64,000 bases of DNA, from contig JAZOLX010000124.1 of NCBI GenBank assembly GCA_045653485.1, forward strand, positions 7,301 to 71,300, given 5' to 3'. Source of the DNA: Faecousia sp. (lineage in GTDB: Bacteria > Bacillota > Clostridia > Oscillospirales > Oscillospiraceae). Shown piece by piece: positions 9,784 through 18,161 of this stretch (position 1 is its first letter; every line of letters begins with the position of its first letter). A program made the position numbers and the translations under genes. The notes below the pieces were generated by a model, which was not told where the DNA came from, made no database searches, and saw only the letters and a list, made by a program, of their open reading frames with translations.

Positions 9784-11160
9784 TTATACACCCAACAGGG
9801 CCTTTGCAAACAAGAAATATACCAACAAAGAAAGTGCGTCCACAATGGTGGAAATAAAAGGACTTGCCATAACGGCCGGGTCCAAATGTAGCGCTTTTGC
9901 CGCCAAAGGCAGCGCACTGCCCACCAGCTTAGCAATGACCACCGTCACTGCAAGGGTCAGACACACCACCGCATCGACCATCAGGGTAATATCACTGTTG
10001 CCCATCATCATCCGGTCCACCAGCAGGATCTTTACAAAGCACACCGCCGCCAGCGCAATGCCGCACAGGATCGCCGTACGCAGTTCCTTCCACAGCACCC
10101 GCCACAGATCCTTCAGCTGCAGTTCATCCAAGCTCAGCGCACGGATAATGGTCACAGAAGACTGGGAGCCGGAGTTCCCGCCGGTACCCATGAGCATAGG
10201 GATGAAAGCGGTCAATGCTACCTGGGCAGCCAGGGCACCCTCAAAAGCTGTAATGATCAGACCTGTAAAGGTAGCAGACACCATCAAGATCATCAGCCAC
10301 GGCACACGGTTTTTAAACAGTTCAAAAGAGGAGCTTCTGAGATAGGTCTTTTCCGAGGGCGTAATGGCGTTCATCAGTTCCATATCCTCGGTGGCCTCTT
10401 CTTCCATGACGTCCATTGCGTCATCGAAGGTCACGATACCGACCATCCGGTTTTCACCGTCAACAACAGGTAGCGCCAGGAAGTTATACTTACTGAGCAT
10501 TCTCGCTGCTTCTTCCTTATCCGTCTGGGTCGTCACCGAGATCAGATTGGTAAACATCAGCTCTGAGATCAGCATTTCATCATCCGGTGCCAACAACAGA
10601 TCTTTCACCGTTACCATACCGATGAGGGTTCTGTTCTTCGTCACATAGCAGGTGTAGATGGTCTCTTTATCCACACCCTGGCGACGGATCCGGAGGATCG
10701 CTTCCTCTACGGTCATTTCCGGACGCAGAGATACATACTCCGTGGTCATAATAGAACCTGCGGTGTTTTCCTCATAGCGCAGAAGCTGGTTGATGGCATT
10801 GCGCATTTCCGGATCTGCCTGACGCAAAATACGCTTGACCACATTGGCCGGCATTTCCTCTACCAGGTCTGCCGCGTCGTCGGCGTACAGTTCGTCTACG
10901 ATTTCTTTCAGCTCATTATCCGAAAAACCCCGGATCAACAATTCCTGGGCATCGGTTTCCATTTCTACAAAGGTTTCTGCTGCCAACTCCTTGGGAAGCA
11001 GGCGAAACAGAAGGGGTATTTGCTTATCTTCCAGATTGCTGAAAAGACCCGCAATGTCATTGGGATTCATGGTTACCAGAATATCCCGCAAGGTTGCGTA
11101 CTTCTTATCTGTCAGCATCTGGACAAGCGCTTTTTCCATAATTTCAAAACGCTCTGCCAC
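9784..11160 (-). CDS. mgtE: Magnesium transporter MgtE
   Basis: N domain, CBS pair (TAGSIMTTEY), GTGGNSGSQS and DPAVMASPFISTIVD; GTG start with SD AAGGAGG. Confidence 0.96.
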   Translation of the reverse strand: MAERFEIMEKALVQMLTDKKYATLRDILVTMNPNDIAGLFSNLEDKQIPLLFRLLPKELAAETFVEMETDAQELLIRGFSDNELKEIVDELYADDAADLVEEMPANVVKRILRQADPEMRNAINQLLRYEENTAGSIMTTEYVSLRPEMTVEEAILRIRRQGVDKETIYTCYVTKNRTLIGMVTVKDLLLAPDDEMLISELMFTNLISVTTQTDKEEAARMLSKYNFLALPVVDGENRMVGIVTFDDAMDVMEEEATEDMELMNAITPSEKTYLRSSSFELFKNRVPWLMILMVSATFTGLIITAFEGALAAQVALTAFIPMLMGTGGNSGSQSSVTIIRALSLDELQLKDLWRVLWKELRTAILCGIALAAVCFVKILLVDRMMMGNSDITLMVDAVVCLTLAVTVVIAKLVGSALPLAAKALHLDPAVMASPFISTIVDALSLLVYFLFAKALLGV

Positions 11161-11170
11161 TGTGTTTCCT

Positions 11171-11267
11171 CCTTACAAATAAAATGTGTTTGTAAGGCAG
11201 CTACACCCAATTAATAAAGACGGACCCACCATGGGGTAAGCCGTCTACTTCGGCCGGGTATACTGCC
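11171..11267 (-). promoter_or_regulatory. Putative translational attenuator (anti-SD hairpin plus competing helix)
   Basis: mRNA CCUUACAAA/UUUGUAAGG hairpin (11197-11171) covers the mgtE SD; GGCAGUAUACCC (11267-11256) pairs with GGGUGUAGCUGCC (11208-11196); inner stem AGACGG/CCGUCU. Confidence 0.6.
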
Positions 11268-11285
11268 GCCTGAGCCTGTATCCAT
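11211..11285 (-). CDS. Putative 24-aa leader peptide of mgtE (MDTGSGGSIPGRSRRLTPWWVRLY)
   Basis: AAGGAGG SD 6 nt before ATG at 11285; TAA at 11213-11211; lies between the promoter and mgtE; below the ORF-track length cutoff. Confidence 0.65.
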   Translation of the reverse strand: MDTGSGGSIPGRSRRLTPWWVRLY

Positions 11286-11317
11286 GGTGTCCCTCCTTTT
11301 ATCACACAGATACATCT

Positions 11318-11346
11318 ATTTTATTCCTCAAAACGCAGATTGTCAA
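11318..11346 (-). promoter_or_regulatory. Sigma-A promoter of the mgtE leader
   Basis: TTGACA-17 bp-TAAAAT on the minus strand. Confidence 0.8.
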
Positions 11347-11348
11347 CC

Positions 11349-11377
11349 TTGACGCAAAGGAATTCTCCTTATAAAAT
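11349..11377 (+). promoter_or_regulatory. Sigma-A promoter of the GNAT gene, back-to-back with the mgtE promoter
   Basis: TTGACG-17 bp-TAAAAT; the two -35 hexamers are 2 bp apart. Confidence 0.7.
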
Positions 11378-11407
11378 ATAAGAAATCATCGTTTTAGGAG
11401 AATTGCC

Positions 11408-11992
11408 ATGGGAATTCGAATTGCAACCGCAAATGATCTGCCGGAGATCCTTTCCATTTATTCACCATATGTTGAAAATACCACCGTCAGCTTTGAGTAT
11501 GAATCACCCACCAAAGCAGAATTCCGTACCCGTTTTGATGAGATCACCAAGCAGTTTCCATGGTTGGTCTGGGAGGAAAACGGTATCATTGCCGGCTATA
11601 CCTACGCCTGCGCACCTTTTTCCCGAGCTGCTTATCACTGGTGTGCGGAGCCATCCATTTATCTTCGACCGGAATTTCACGGCAAAGGTATCGGTCGAAA
11701 GTTGTACACGGCTCTGGAAACCTGTTTGCGTATGCAAGGCTACCACGTCAGCTATAGTATTATCACCTCGGAAAACACTGCCTCTCTGGCTTTCCACAAA
11801 TCCATGGGGTACACGCTTTTGGCCGAGTTTCCCCAGTGTGCCTATAAGCACAACAAGTGTCTAGGTATCGTTTGGATGGAAAAAAGGCTCTGTTCCGCCG
11901 AAATGCCTAGTAATATGCCGGTAAGTTTTTCCAGTTTTGTGGAAAACAGCAAAAACTTTACAGAGATTTTAGACAAATTGTCCCTTTCTTAA
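11408..11992 (+). CDS. GNAT N-acetyltransferase (Pat/YncA-like)
   Basis: IYSPYVENTTVSFE, SIYLRPEFHGKGIGRKLY, NTASLAFHKSMG. Confidence 0.88.
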   Translation: MGIRIATANDLPEILSIYSPYVENTTVSFEYESPTKAEFRTRFDEITKQFPWLVWEENGIIAGYTYACAPFSRAAYHWCAEPSIYLRPEFHGKGIGRKLYTALETCLRMQGYHVSYSIITSENTASLAFHKSMGYTLLAEFPQCAYKHNKCLGIVWMEKRLCSAEMPSNMPVSFSSFVENSKNFTEILDKLSLS

Positions 11993-12099
11993 TCGGCAAA
12001 AATATGGTATGTTATGTGTAGATAAATATGTTCGGAAGTAACCGCTTCCGGCGTCTAATTTACCTGCAAGCAATTATTTCAACATAAGGAGCTGTGACC

Positions 12100-13290
12100 A
12101 TGTATTTTCAGAAAAAACGCTGCATCGCAATGCTTCTGGCCGGTGGCCAAGGCAGCCGGCTGAAGGTTCTGACGGAGAAAACCGCCAAGCCTGCCGTTCC
12201 CTTTGGCGGTAAGTACCGCATCATTGACTTCCCTCTTTCCAACTGTGTCAATTCCGGCATCGATACTGTCGGTATCCTCACCCAGTATCAGCCGTTGGAG
12301 CTGAATGAATATATCGGCAACGGCCAGCCTTGGGGTTTGAATAAGACTCACAGCTGCGCACAAGTCCTGCCTCCCTACGAGCGTCACGACAAGAAAAGCG
12401 GCTGGTATAAGGGCACTGCCAACGCCATTTATCAGAACATTGACTTCATTGAGCGCTTTGATCCTGACTATGTAGTGATTCTCTCCGGTGACCATATCTA
12501 TAAGATGGACTATGCCGCTATGGTGGAATATCACGAGAAGAACAATGCTTCCTGTACCATCGCTGTGCGTACTGTGCCGCTGAAGGAAGCCTCCCGTTTC
12601 GGCATTCTGAACACCAATCCCGACAACTCCATTTATGAATTTGAAGAGAAACCCAAGAAGCCCAAGTCCACCAACGCCTCCATGGGTATCTATGTATTCA
12701 ACTGGAAAGTTCTGCGTGAGGCTCTGATTGCTGACGAAGACGATGAGAAGTCCTCCAACGACTTCGGCAAGAACATTATCCCCAACCTGCTGAACGCAGG
12801 CCACAAGATGATGGCATACAACTTCGACGGCTACTGGAAGGATGTCGGTACCATCGACTCTCTGTGGGAAGCCAACATGGAGCTGCTGGGCAAGGAACCC
12901 GAATTCAACATTCGCGGCGACGAGCGCAGCAAGATCTACGCCCGTAACGATGCTATGCCCTCTTCCTACATCGACGAGGATGCCAAGACCGTCAACTGCT
13001 TCATCGCAGAGGGCAGCGAGATCTATGGTACTGTCCGTCACAGTGTTATTTCCGTAGGCTGCTACATCGGCGAGGATGCGCTGGTAGAAGACAGTGTGGT
13101 CATGCCCGGTGTTGTCATTGAATCCGGAGCCATCGTCCGCCACGCCATTCTGGGCGAAAACAGCAAGGTCTGCCGCAACGCAGTTGTAGGCGGTGCCTTT
13201 GAAGCAAACGAAGAAAAGCAGATCAGCGTCACTTCCAAGGGCGCTGTCGTGGAAGCCAACACCGTGCTGCTGCCCGGTGACATGCTGTAA
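12100..13290 (+). CDS. glgC: Glucose-1-phosphate adenylyltransferase
   Basis: LAGGQGSRL...[35 protein letters not shown]. Confidence 0.97.
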   Translation: MYFQKKRCIAMLLAGGQGSRLKVLTEKTAKPAVPFGGKYRIIDFPLSNCVNSGIDTVGILTQYQPLELNEYIGNGQPWGLNKTHSCAQVLPPYERHDKKSGWYKGTANAIYQNIDFIERFDPDYVVILSGDHIYKMDYAAMVEYHEKNNASCTIAVRTVPLKEASRFGILNTNPDNSIYEFEEKPKKPKSTNASMGIYVFNWKVLREALIADEDDEKSSNDFGKNIIPNLLNAGHKMMAYNFDGYWKDVGTIDSLWEANMELLGKEPEFNIRGDERSKIYARNDAMPSSYIDEDAKTVNCFIAEGSEIYGTVRHSVISVGCYIGEDALVEDSVVMPGVVIESGAIVRHAILGENSKVCRNAVVGGAFEANEEKQISVTSKGAVVEANTVLLPGDML

Positions 13291-13304
13291 GGAGGGAAAC
13301 CGCT

Positions 13305-14417
13305 ATGAAAGCAATGGGTATTATTTTCGCAAATGACGGCACCATCGGTTCCCTGACCGAAAAGCGCACCATGGCCAGCCTGCCCTTTGGCGGTCGTTAC
13401 CGTCAGGTAGACTTTGCCCTTTCCAATCTGTCCGCTGCCGGCGTCCGCCATGTTGGCATCATCACCCGCCACAGCTACCAGAGTCTGATGAATCACATCG
13501 GCTCCGGTGAAGAGTGGGGTCTGGAGCTGGAAGAGGGCGGTCTGGAATTCTTGACCCCCTATGCCATGAGCCGTACTGACAACTACCGCGGCAAGCTGGA
13601 ATCCCTGTATTCTGCCATGTCTTTCCTTGAGTACGGTGTTGAAGATGAGTATGTGATCATGATCGATTCCGCTATTCTGAGCAACATCGATCTGGAGGAT
13701 GTTCTGGGTGCTCACATTGCCAGCGGTAAGGCCATCACCGTCGTTACAAAAGAAGGTATTGCCAACGGCAGCAAACAGTTGGATCTGGCTTTGAAGCTGA
13801 ATGCCGACGGTTCTATCGCCGATATGGCCGTTGACTATGTGGCTCCCGAGGATTACGTGGCCTCCATGGATATTTTCGTACTGAGCAAAAAGTGGTTGGT
13901 CAAGCAGGTCAAGGAGCACATCGCCCATGCCCTGTACCACATGGACCGTGACCTTGTTCTGGGGATGTGGCACAACGACCCCGCTTCCATCAATGTTTAC
14001 CAATTCAAGGGCCACGCCATGTTCAACGAATCCGTGGAAGAGTACTATCACAACTCTCTGTCTTTGAACTGCAAGGAAATTCGTAATGATCTGTTCCATT
14101 ACAATCATCCCGTTTACACGAAGGTTCGTGACCGCGTTCCCAGCTATTACGGTGAAGAATGCGAAATTGAGAACTGCATCGTTGCTGACGGCTGCATGCT
14201 GGAAGGTGAAGTGGAAAACTCTGTTCTGTTCCGCCAGGTCACTGTCTGCCCCGGTGCTGAAGTAGAAGACTGCATCATTATGAACGACGCTGTCATTGGC
14301 GAGGGCGCTGAGTTGAAGCATGTCATTCTGGATAAGGATGTTGTTGTCCGTCCCGGCGCTAAGCTGATCGGCTCTCCCAACGCACCCATTATCATCAGAA
14401 GAGGAGAAATCGTATGA
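13305..14417 (+). CDS. glgD: Glucose-1-phosphate adenylyltransferase subunit GlgD
   Basis: LTEKRTMASLPFGGRYRQVDF; lacks the LAGG catalytic loop; follows glgC. Confidence 0.93.
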   Translation: MKAMGIIFANDGTIGSLTEKRTMASLPFGGRYRQVDFALSNLSAAGVRHVGIITRHSYQSLMNHIGSGEEWGLELEEGGLEFLTPYAMSRTDNYRGKLESLYSAMSFLEYGVEDEYVIMIDSAILSNIDLEDVLGAHIASGKAITVVTKEGIANGSKQLDLALKLNADGSIADMAVDYVAPEDYVASMDIFVLSKKWLVKQVKEHIAHALYHMDRDLVLGMWHNDPASINVYQFKGHAMFNESVEEYYHNSLSLNCKEIRNDLFHYNHPVYTKVRDRVPSYYGEECEIENCIVADGCMLEGEVENSVLFRQVTVCPGAEVEDCIIMNDAVIGEGAELKHVILDKDVVVRPGAKLIGSPNAPIIIRRGEIV

Positions 14418-15856
14418 GAATCGCCATTCTGGCTTCCGAAGGCGCGCCCTATGCAAAATCCGGCGGTCTGGGCGATGTCATGGAAGCCCTCCCCGCTGCC
14501 CTTGCACGGATCCCCGGCAATGAGGTAGTGCTGATTCTGCCCTACTATAAAAAGATTCTGGAAAATGATGCTTATCAAGTAGAGCAGACTCTTGCGTTTG
14601 AAACCACTTTAGGTTGGCGCAAGCAGTACACCGGTGTCATGAAGCTGATGAACCGCACCGACGGTGTACAGGTCTACTTCATTGATAACCTGTATTATTT
14701 TGGCGGCCGCAGCGGTGCCATTTACGGTGACGGCGACGACTCCGAGCGGTATGCCTACTTCTCTAAAGCTTGTCTGGATACCTTAAACGCAATCGGTTTC
14801 ACCCCCGATGTGATCCAGTGCAACGACTGGCAGACCGCTTTGGTCCCCACCTTCCTTAACGCACTGTATCGCCCCCTATTCCCCAACACCAAGGTGATGT
14901 TCACCATCCACAATGTGGAATATCAGGGTTGGGCCAGCGGTAACTTCTTTGACGATGTTTTGGGTCTTCCCTGGCATTGGCGCGGCACGCTGGATATGAA
15001 CAATTCTGTGAATATGATGAAGGGTGCCATCGAAAACGCCGATCTAGTAACCACGGTTTCCGAAACCTATGCCCGGGAACTGATGTATCCTTACTATGCC
15101 CACGGTCTGGACGGTATTTTGACCAATGCTGCATGGAAGCTCACCGGCATCACCAACGGCATTGATGTGGGTACTTTCAATCCCGAGACCGATCCGGCGC
15201 TGCCTGCCCACTACAATGCTGACACCTTTGTCGAAGGCAAGGCCGCTTGTAAGGCTGCATTGCAGGAAGAAGTTGGTCTTCCCGTTAATCCCGATGCGCC
15301 GTTGATGGTCATGGTCACCCGTCTGGCAGGACACAAAGGTCTGGATTTGCTGTGCTACATTGCCCGCCGTGTGATGCATGAAGAAAATGCCCAATTGCTG
15401 ATCCTTGGCACCGGAGAGTCCCAGTACGAAGCTTTCTTCCGGGAACTGGCTGCCGAATTCCCCGACCGGGTGGCTGCCAAGATCACCTTTAATCTGGGTC
15501 TGGCTGCCCGGATCTATGCCGGCGGTGACATCTATTTGATGCCCTCCAAGAGTGAGCCCTGTGGTCTGAGCCAGATGAACGCCATGCGTTACGGCACTGT
15601 GCCCGTGGTCCATGCTACCGGTGGCTTGAAGGATACTGTCCCCGGTGCAGACGAAAACGGACAGAATGGTCTTGGCTTTACTTTCCAGAGCTATAACGGT
15701 GATGACTTCTACGCCGCTTTGAAGCGCTGTCTGGATCTGTATAACAACAACCGGGATGGCTTCCATGCCTTGCAGCACACCGACATGTGTCAGGACTTTA
15801 GCTGGAACAAGCCTGCCCAGAAGTATATGGACCTGTTCTACAAGATGATAGAGTAA
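14414..15856 (+). CDS. glgA: Glycogen synthase (GT5)
   Basis: KSGGLGDV, NDWQT, TIHN, EPCGLSQM motifs. Confidence 0.97.
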   Translation: MRIAILASEGAPYAKSGGLGDVMEALPAALARIPGNEVVLILPYYKKILENDAYQVEQTLAFETTLGWRKQYTGVMKLMNRTDGVQVYFIDNLYYFGGRSGAIYGDGDDSERYAYFSKACLDTLNAIGFTPDVIQCNDWQTALVPTFLNALYRPLFPNTKVMFTIHNVEYQGWASGNFFDDVLGLPWHWRGTLDMNNSVNMMKGAIENADLVTTVSETYARELMYPYYAHGLDGILTNAAWKLTGITNGIDVGTFNPETDPALPAHYNADTFVEGKAACKAALQEEVGLPVNPDAPLMVMVTRLAGHKGLDLLCYIARRVMHEENAQLLILGTGESQYEAFFRELAAEFPDRVAAKITFNLGLAARIYAGGDIYLMPSKSEPCGLSQMNAMRYGTVPVVHATGGLKDTVPGADENGQNGLGFTFQSYNGDDFYAALKRCLDLYNNNRDGFHALQHTDMCQDFSWNKPAQKYMDLFYKMIE

Positions 15857-15865
15857 TACAATCGC

Positions 15866-15897
15866 AAAGCCGGCCCAATACTGGGCCGGCTTTTTAC
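15866..15897. terminator. Intrinsic terminator
   Basis: AAAGCCGGCCCA-ATAC-TGGGCCGGCTTTTT. Confidence 0.8.
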
Positions 15898-15909
15898 TTT
15901 ATACAAAAA

Positions 15910-16713
15910 TCATTTATAAGCTGTAGGGGGCTGCCCCATAATGCGCTTAAATACCGTAGAAAAATAATTCTGGCTGGAAAATCCCAAAGCCACAGCGGTT
16001 TCCTGAACGGAACTGCCACTGCGGAGCATATTGACCGCTGCTTCAACTTTTAAACGGTTGAAATAGTTGATAACACCCATACCCGCATATCGAGAAAAGG
16101 TTTGCTTTAGACAGATTTGACTCATGTTGCAAAGGTTGGCAATCTGTTCTATGGAAAGGCTCTCATGGACATGTTCCTCCAACATCTTTACAATGGCTGC
16201 GTAATTCTTTGCTGTCCGGGATTTTTCCTCATGGTGTAGTTGTTTTCTCTGGTCAATCAGGCTCAGAAGAAACAATTCCCACTGCTTCAAAAGAATATAG
16301 GCATTGATCTCCGGTTGTTGGAGGCCTACGATACTGATTCCATCTAATTGAAAACATGCAAACATCTGCTGCAGTAATATTTCTGCCCGCTCCAGATCTG
16401 TCACCGCAAAACTCCCACCCGTTTCTATGGGTAACCCATCCGCACCAAAGGAAAAAACAATGATGCGGCCCGGATCGCCGGAATACCAAATGCGGTGATA
16501 TTCCATGGGTGGATGGAGCACCGCCTGTCCCCTGCGCAGCACCCATGCATTCTCTCCTGCTGTGACACCGATCTCTCCTTCGGCAGCAATGACCAGCTCC
16601 CAAAAGTTATGGCGTTCGCCTACAAAAAAGTAATCACTGCCAATTTTCTCTGTAAATGCGGTATATAAGGTCTTGATCCGAAATACATCGGTCATATCTG
16701 TATAGCCATACAT
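15910..16713 (-). CDS. AraC-family regulator
   Basis: GERHNFWE cupin; LGFSSQNYFSTVFKRIMG. Confidence 0.9.
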   Translation of the reverse strand: MYGYTDMTDVFRIKTLYTAFTEKIGSDYFFVGERHNFWELVIAAEGEIGVTAGENAWVLRRGQAVLHPPMEYHRIWYSGDPGRIIVFSFGADGLPIETGGSFAVTDLERAEILLQQMFACFQLDGISIVGLQQPEINAYILLKQWELFLLSLIDQRKQLHHEEKSRTAKNYAAIVKMLEEHVHESLSIEQIANLCNMSQICLKQTFSRYAGMGVINYFNRLKVEAAVNMLRSGSSVQETAVALGFSSQNYFSTVFKRIMGQPPTAYK

Positions 16714-16725
16714 AGCGCCCAATCC

Positions 16726-16757
16726 TTTTCATACAAATTCAAAGATTTTTCATACAA
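16726..16757 (+). promoter_or_regulatory. Putative AraC operator (11-bp direct repeat, 21-bp period)
   Basis: TTTTCATACAA at 16726 and 16747, upstream of the divergent operon. Confidence 0.55.
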
Positions 16758-16842
16758 TCTTGTATTTACTTTTGAATTTATCTATATCATAATGGTAACA
16801 GCACCCGCATAATTTGTCAATATTTTACTGGAGGTCTTTTTT

Positions 16843-18111
16843 ATGAAAAAGCTTACCGCTGTTATTGTTGGTTATGGCGATCGTGGTTATGCCTACGGCA
16901 CATACTCTGTAGATCATCCCGACGAGCTGGCGATCGTCGGCGTGGCAGAACCCAATCCCGTCCGCCGGGAAACCGCCCAAAAGCGTCACAATATTCCTGC
17001 TGATGGACTGTATGCCAGCTGGGAAGATCTGGCTGCCCAGCCGAAGATGGCAGACTTTGCCATCATTGGCACCCAGGACAACATGCACTATGCCCCTGCT
17101 TTGGCGCTGATCGATAAGGGCTACCATCTGCTGCTGGAAAAGCCTATGGCCCCCACTCCCCAAGAATGCAAGGGTATCACTGAGGCTGCTGAAAGAAAAG
17201 GTGTCAAAGTCGTCGTCTGCCACGTACTGCGCTTCACCCAGTTCTGGAGAACTATCAAGGGCATCATTGATTCCGGCCGCCTTGGTCGAATCGTAAGCGT
17301 TATCGGCATGGAAAATGTGGGTCACACTCATCAGAGCCACAGCTTTGTCCGAGGCCACTGGCGCAACACCGCAGAATCCACCTGCATGATCATGGCAAAA
17401 TGCTGCCACGATATGGATATCTACCAGTGGATACTGGGCAAAAAGTGCAAGAAGGCGCAGTCCTTCGGCGGTCTAAGCTATTTTACGAAAGAAAATCAGC
17501 CAGAGGGTGCGCCTGACCGCTGCATCGAGGGCTGTCCTGTGGCCGATACCTGCCACTACAATGCGGTCAAGCTGTATTACGAGAGCAACAACGTCTGGTT
17601 CCGCCGTACCGCTGCCAAAACCAACGAAATGCCCTCCGACGAGCAGGTGTTGGAAGCAATCAAAACCGGCCCCTACGGACGCTGCGTTTTTGCCTGCGAC
17701 AACGATGTGGTAGATCATCAGATAGTCAATTTGGAATATGAAGATGGCTGCACCCTTTCTTTCACCATGAACGCTTTCAATGGAGGCGGCCGTAATGTTC
17801 GCATATTTGGCACAGAGGGCGAGCTGGTCAGCAGCCGCGATGAGAAGACTCTGGAGCTGTACACCTTTGATACCTGCCAGTGGGAAAAAATCGATATCGA
17901 GCGGGTAGGTAACGACATTACCTCCGGTCACGGCGGCGGCGACACTGGAATCATGGTCGATATTCTCAGCCTGCTGCGTGGTGAAACCCCCAGTGATTCC
18001 ATTTGCGAAGTCCGTACCTCCTACGAAAACCACATCACCGGTTTTGCCGCAGAGGAATCCAGACTCACCAACAAGGTCATCTCCATCGAAGAATACGAAA
18101 AGAACCTGTAA
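16843..18111 (+). CDS. Gfo/Idh/MocA oxidoreductase
   Basis: VIVGYGDRG, LLEKP, AKCCHDMD, GHGGGD. Confidence 0.9.
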   Translation: MKKLTAVIVGYGDRGYAYGTYSVDHPDELAIVGVAEPNPVRRETAQKRHNIPADGLYASWEDLAAQPKMADFAIIGTQDNMHYAPALALIDKGYHLLLEKPMAPTPQECKGITEAAERKGVKVVVCHVLRFTQFWRTIKGIIDSGRLGRIVSVIGMENVGHTHQSHSFVRGHWRNTAESTCMIMAKCCHDMDIYQWILGKKCKKAQSFGGLSYFTKENQPEGAPDRCIEGCPVADTCHYNAVKLYYESNNVWFRRTAAKTNEMPSDEQVLEAIKTGPYGRCVFACDNDVVDHQIVNLEYEDGCTLSFTMNAFNGGGRNVRIFGTEGELVSSRDEKTLELYTFDTCQWEKIDIERVGNDITSGHGGGDTGIMVDILSLLRGETPSDSICEVRTSYENHITGFAAEESRLTNKVISIEEYEKNL

Positions 18112-18161
18112 TTATAACAGTATTCGGTAAAACTTGCTGTTCATCGGAAGGAGTCAATATC

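Noticed and set aside
11160-11320. M-box (ykoK) riboswitch upstream of mgtE
   Set aside because: The conserved M-box core and an intrinsic terminator are not visible; a uORF-containing leader fits better. Rfam scan not run.
12079-15778. Long antisense ORFs (354, 464 and 244 aa) opposite glgC/glgD/glgA
   Set aside because: Shadow frames of strongly codon-biased genes; no motifs or SD.
18003-18161. N-terminal extensions given in the ORF track (e.g. 18003, 21585, 30324, 35953)
   Set aside because: They overlap upstream genes or lack an SD; downstream ATG/GTG/TTG starts with a good SD were used.
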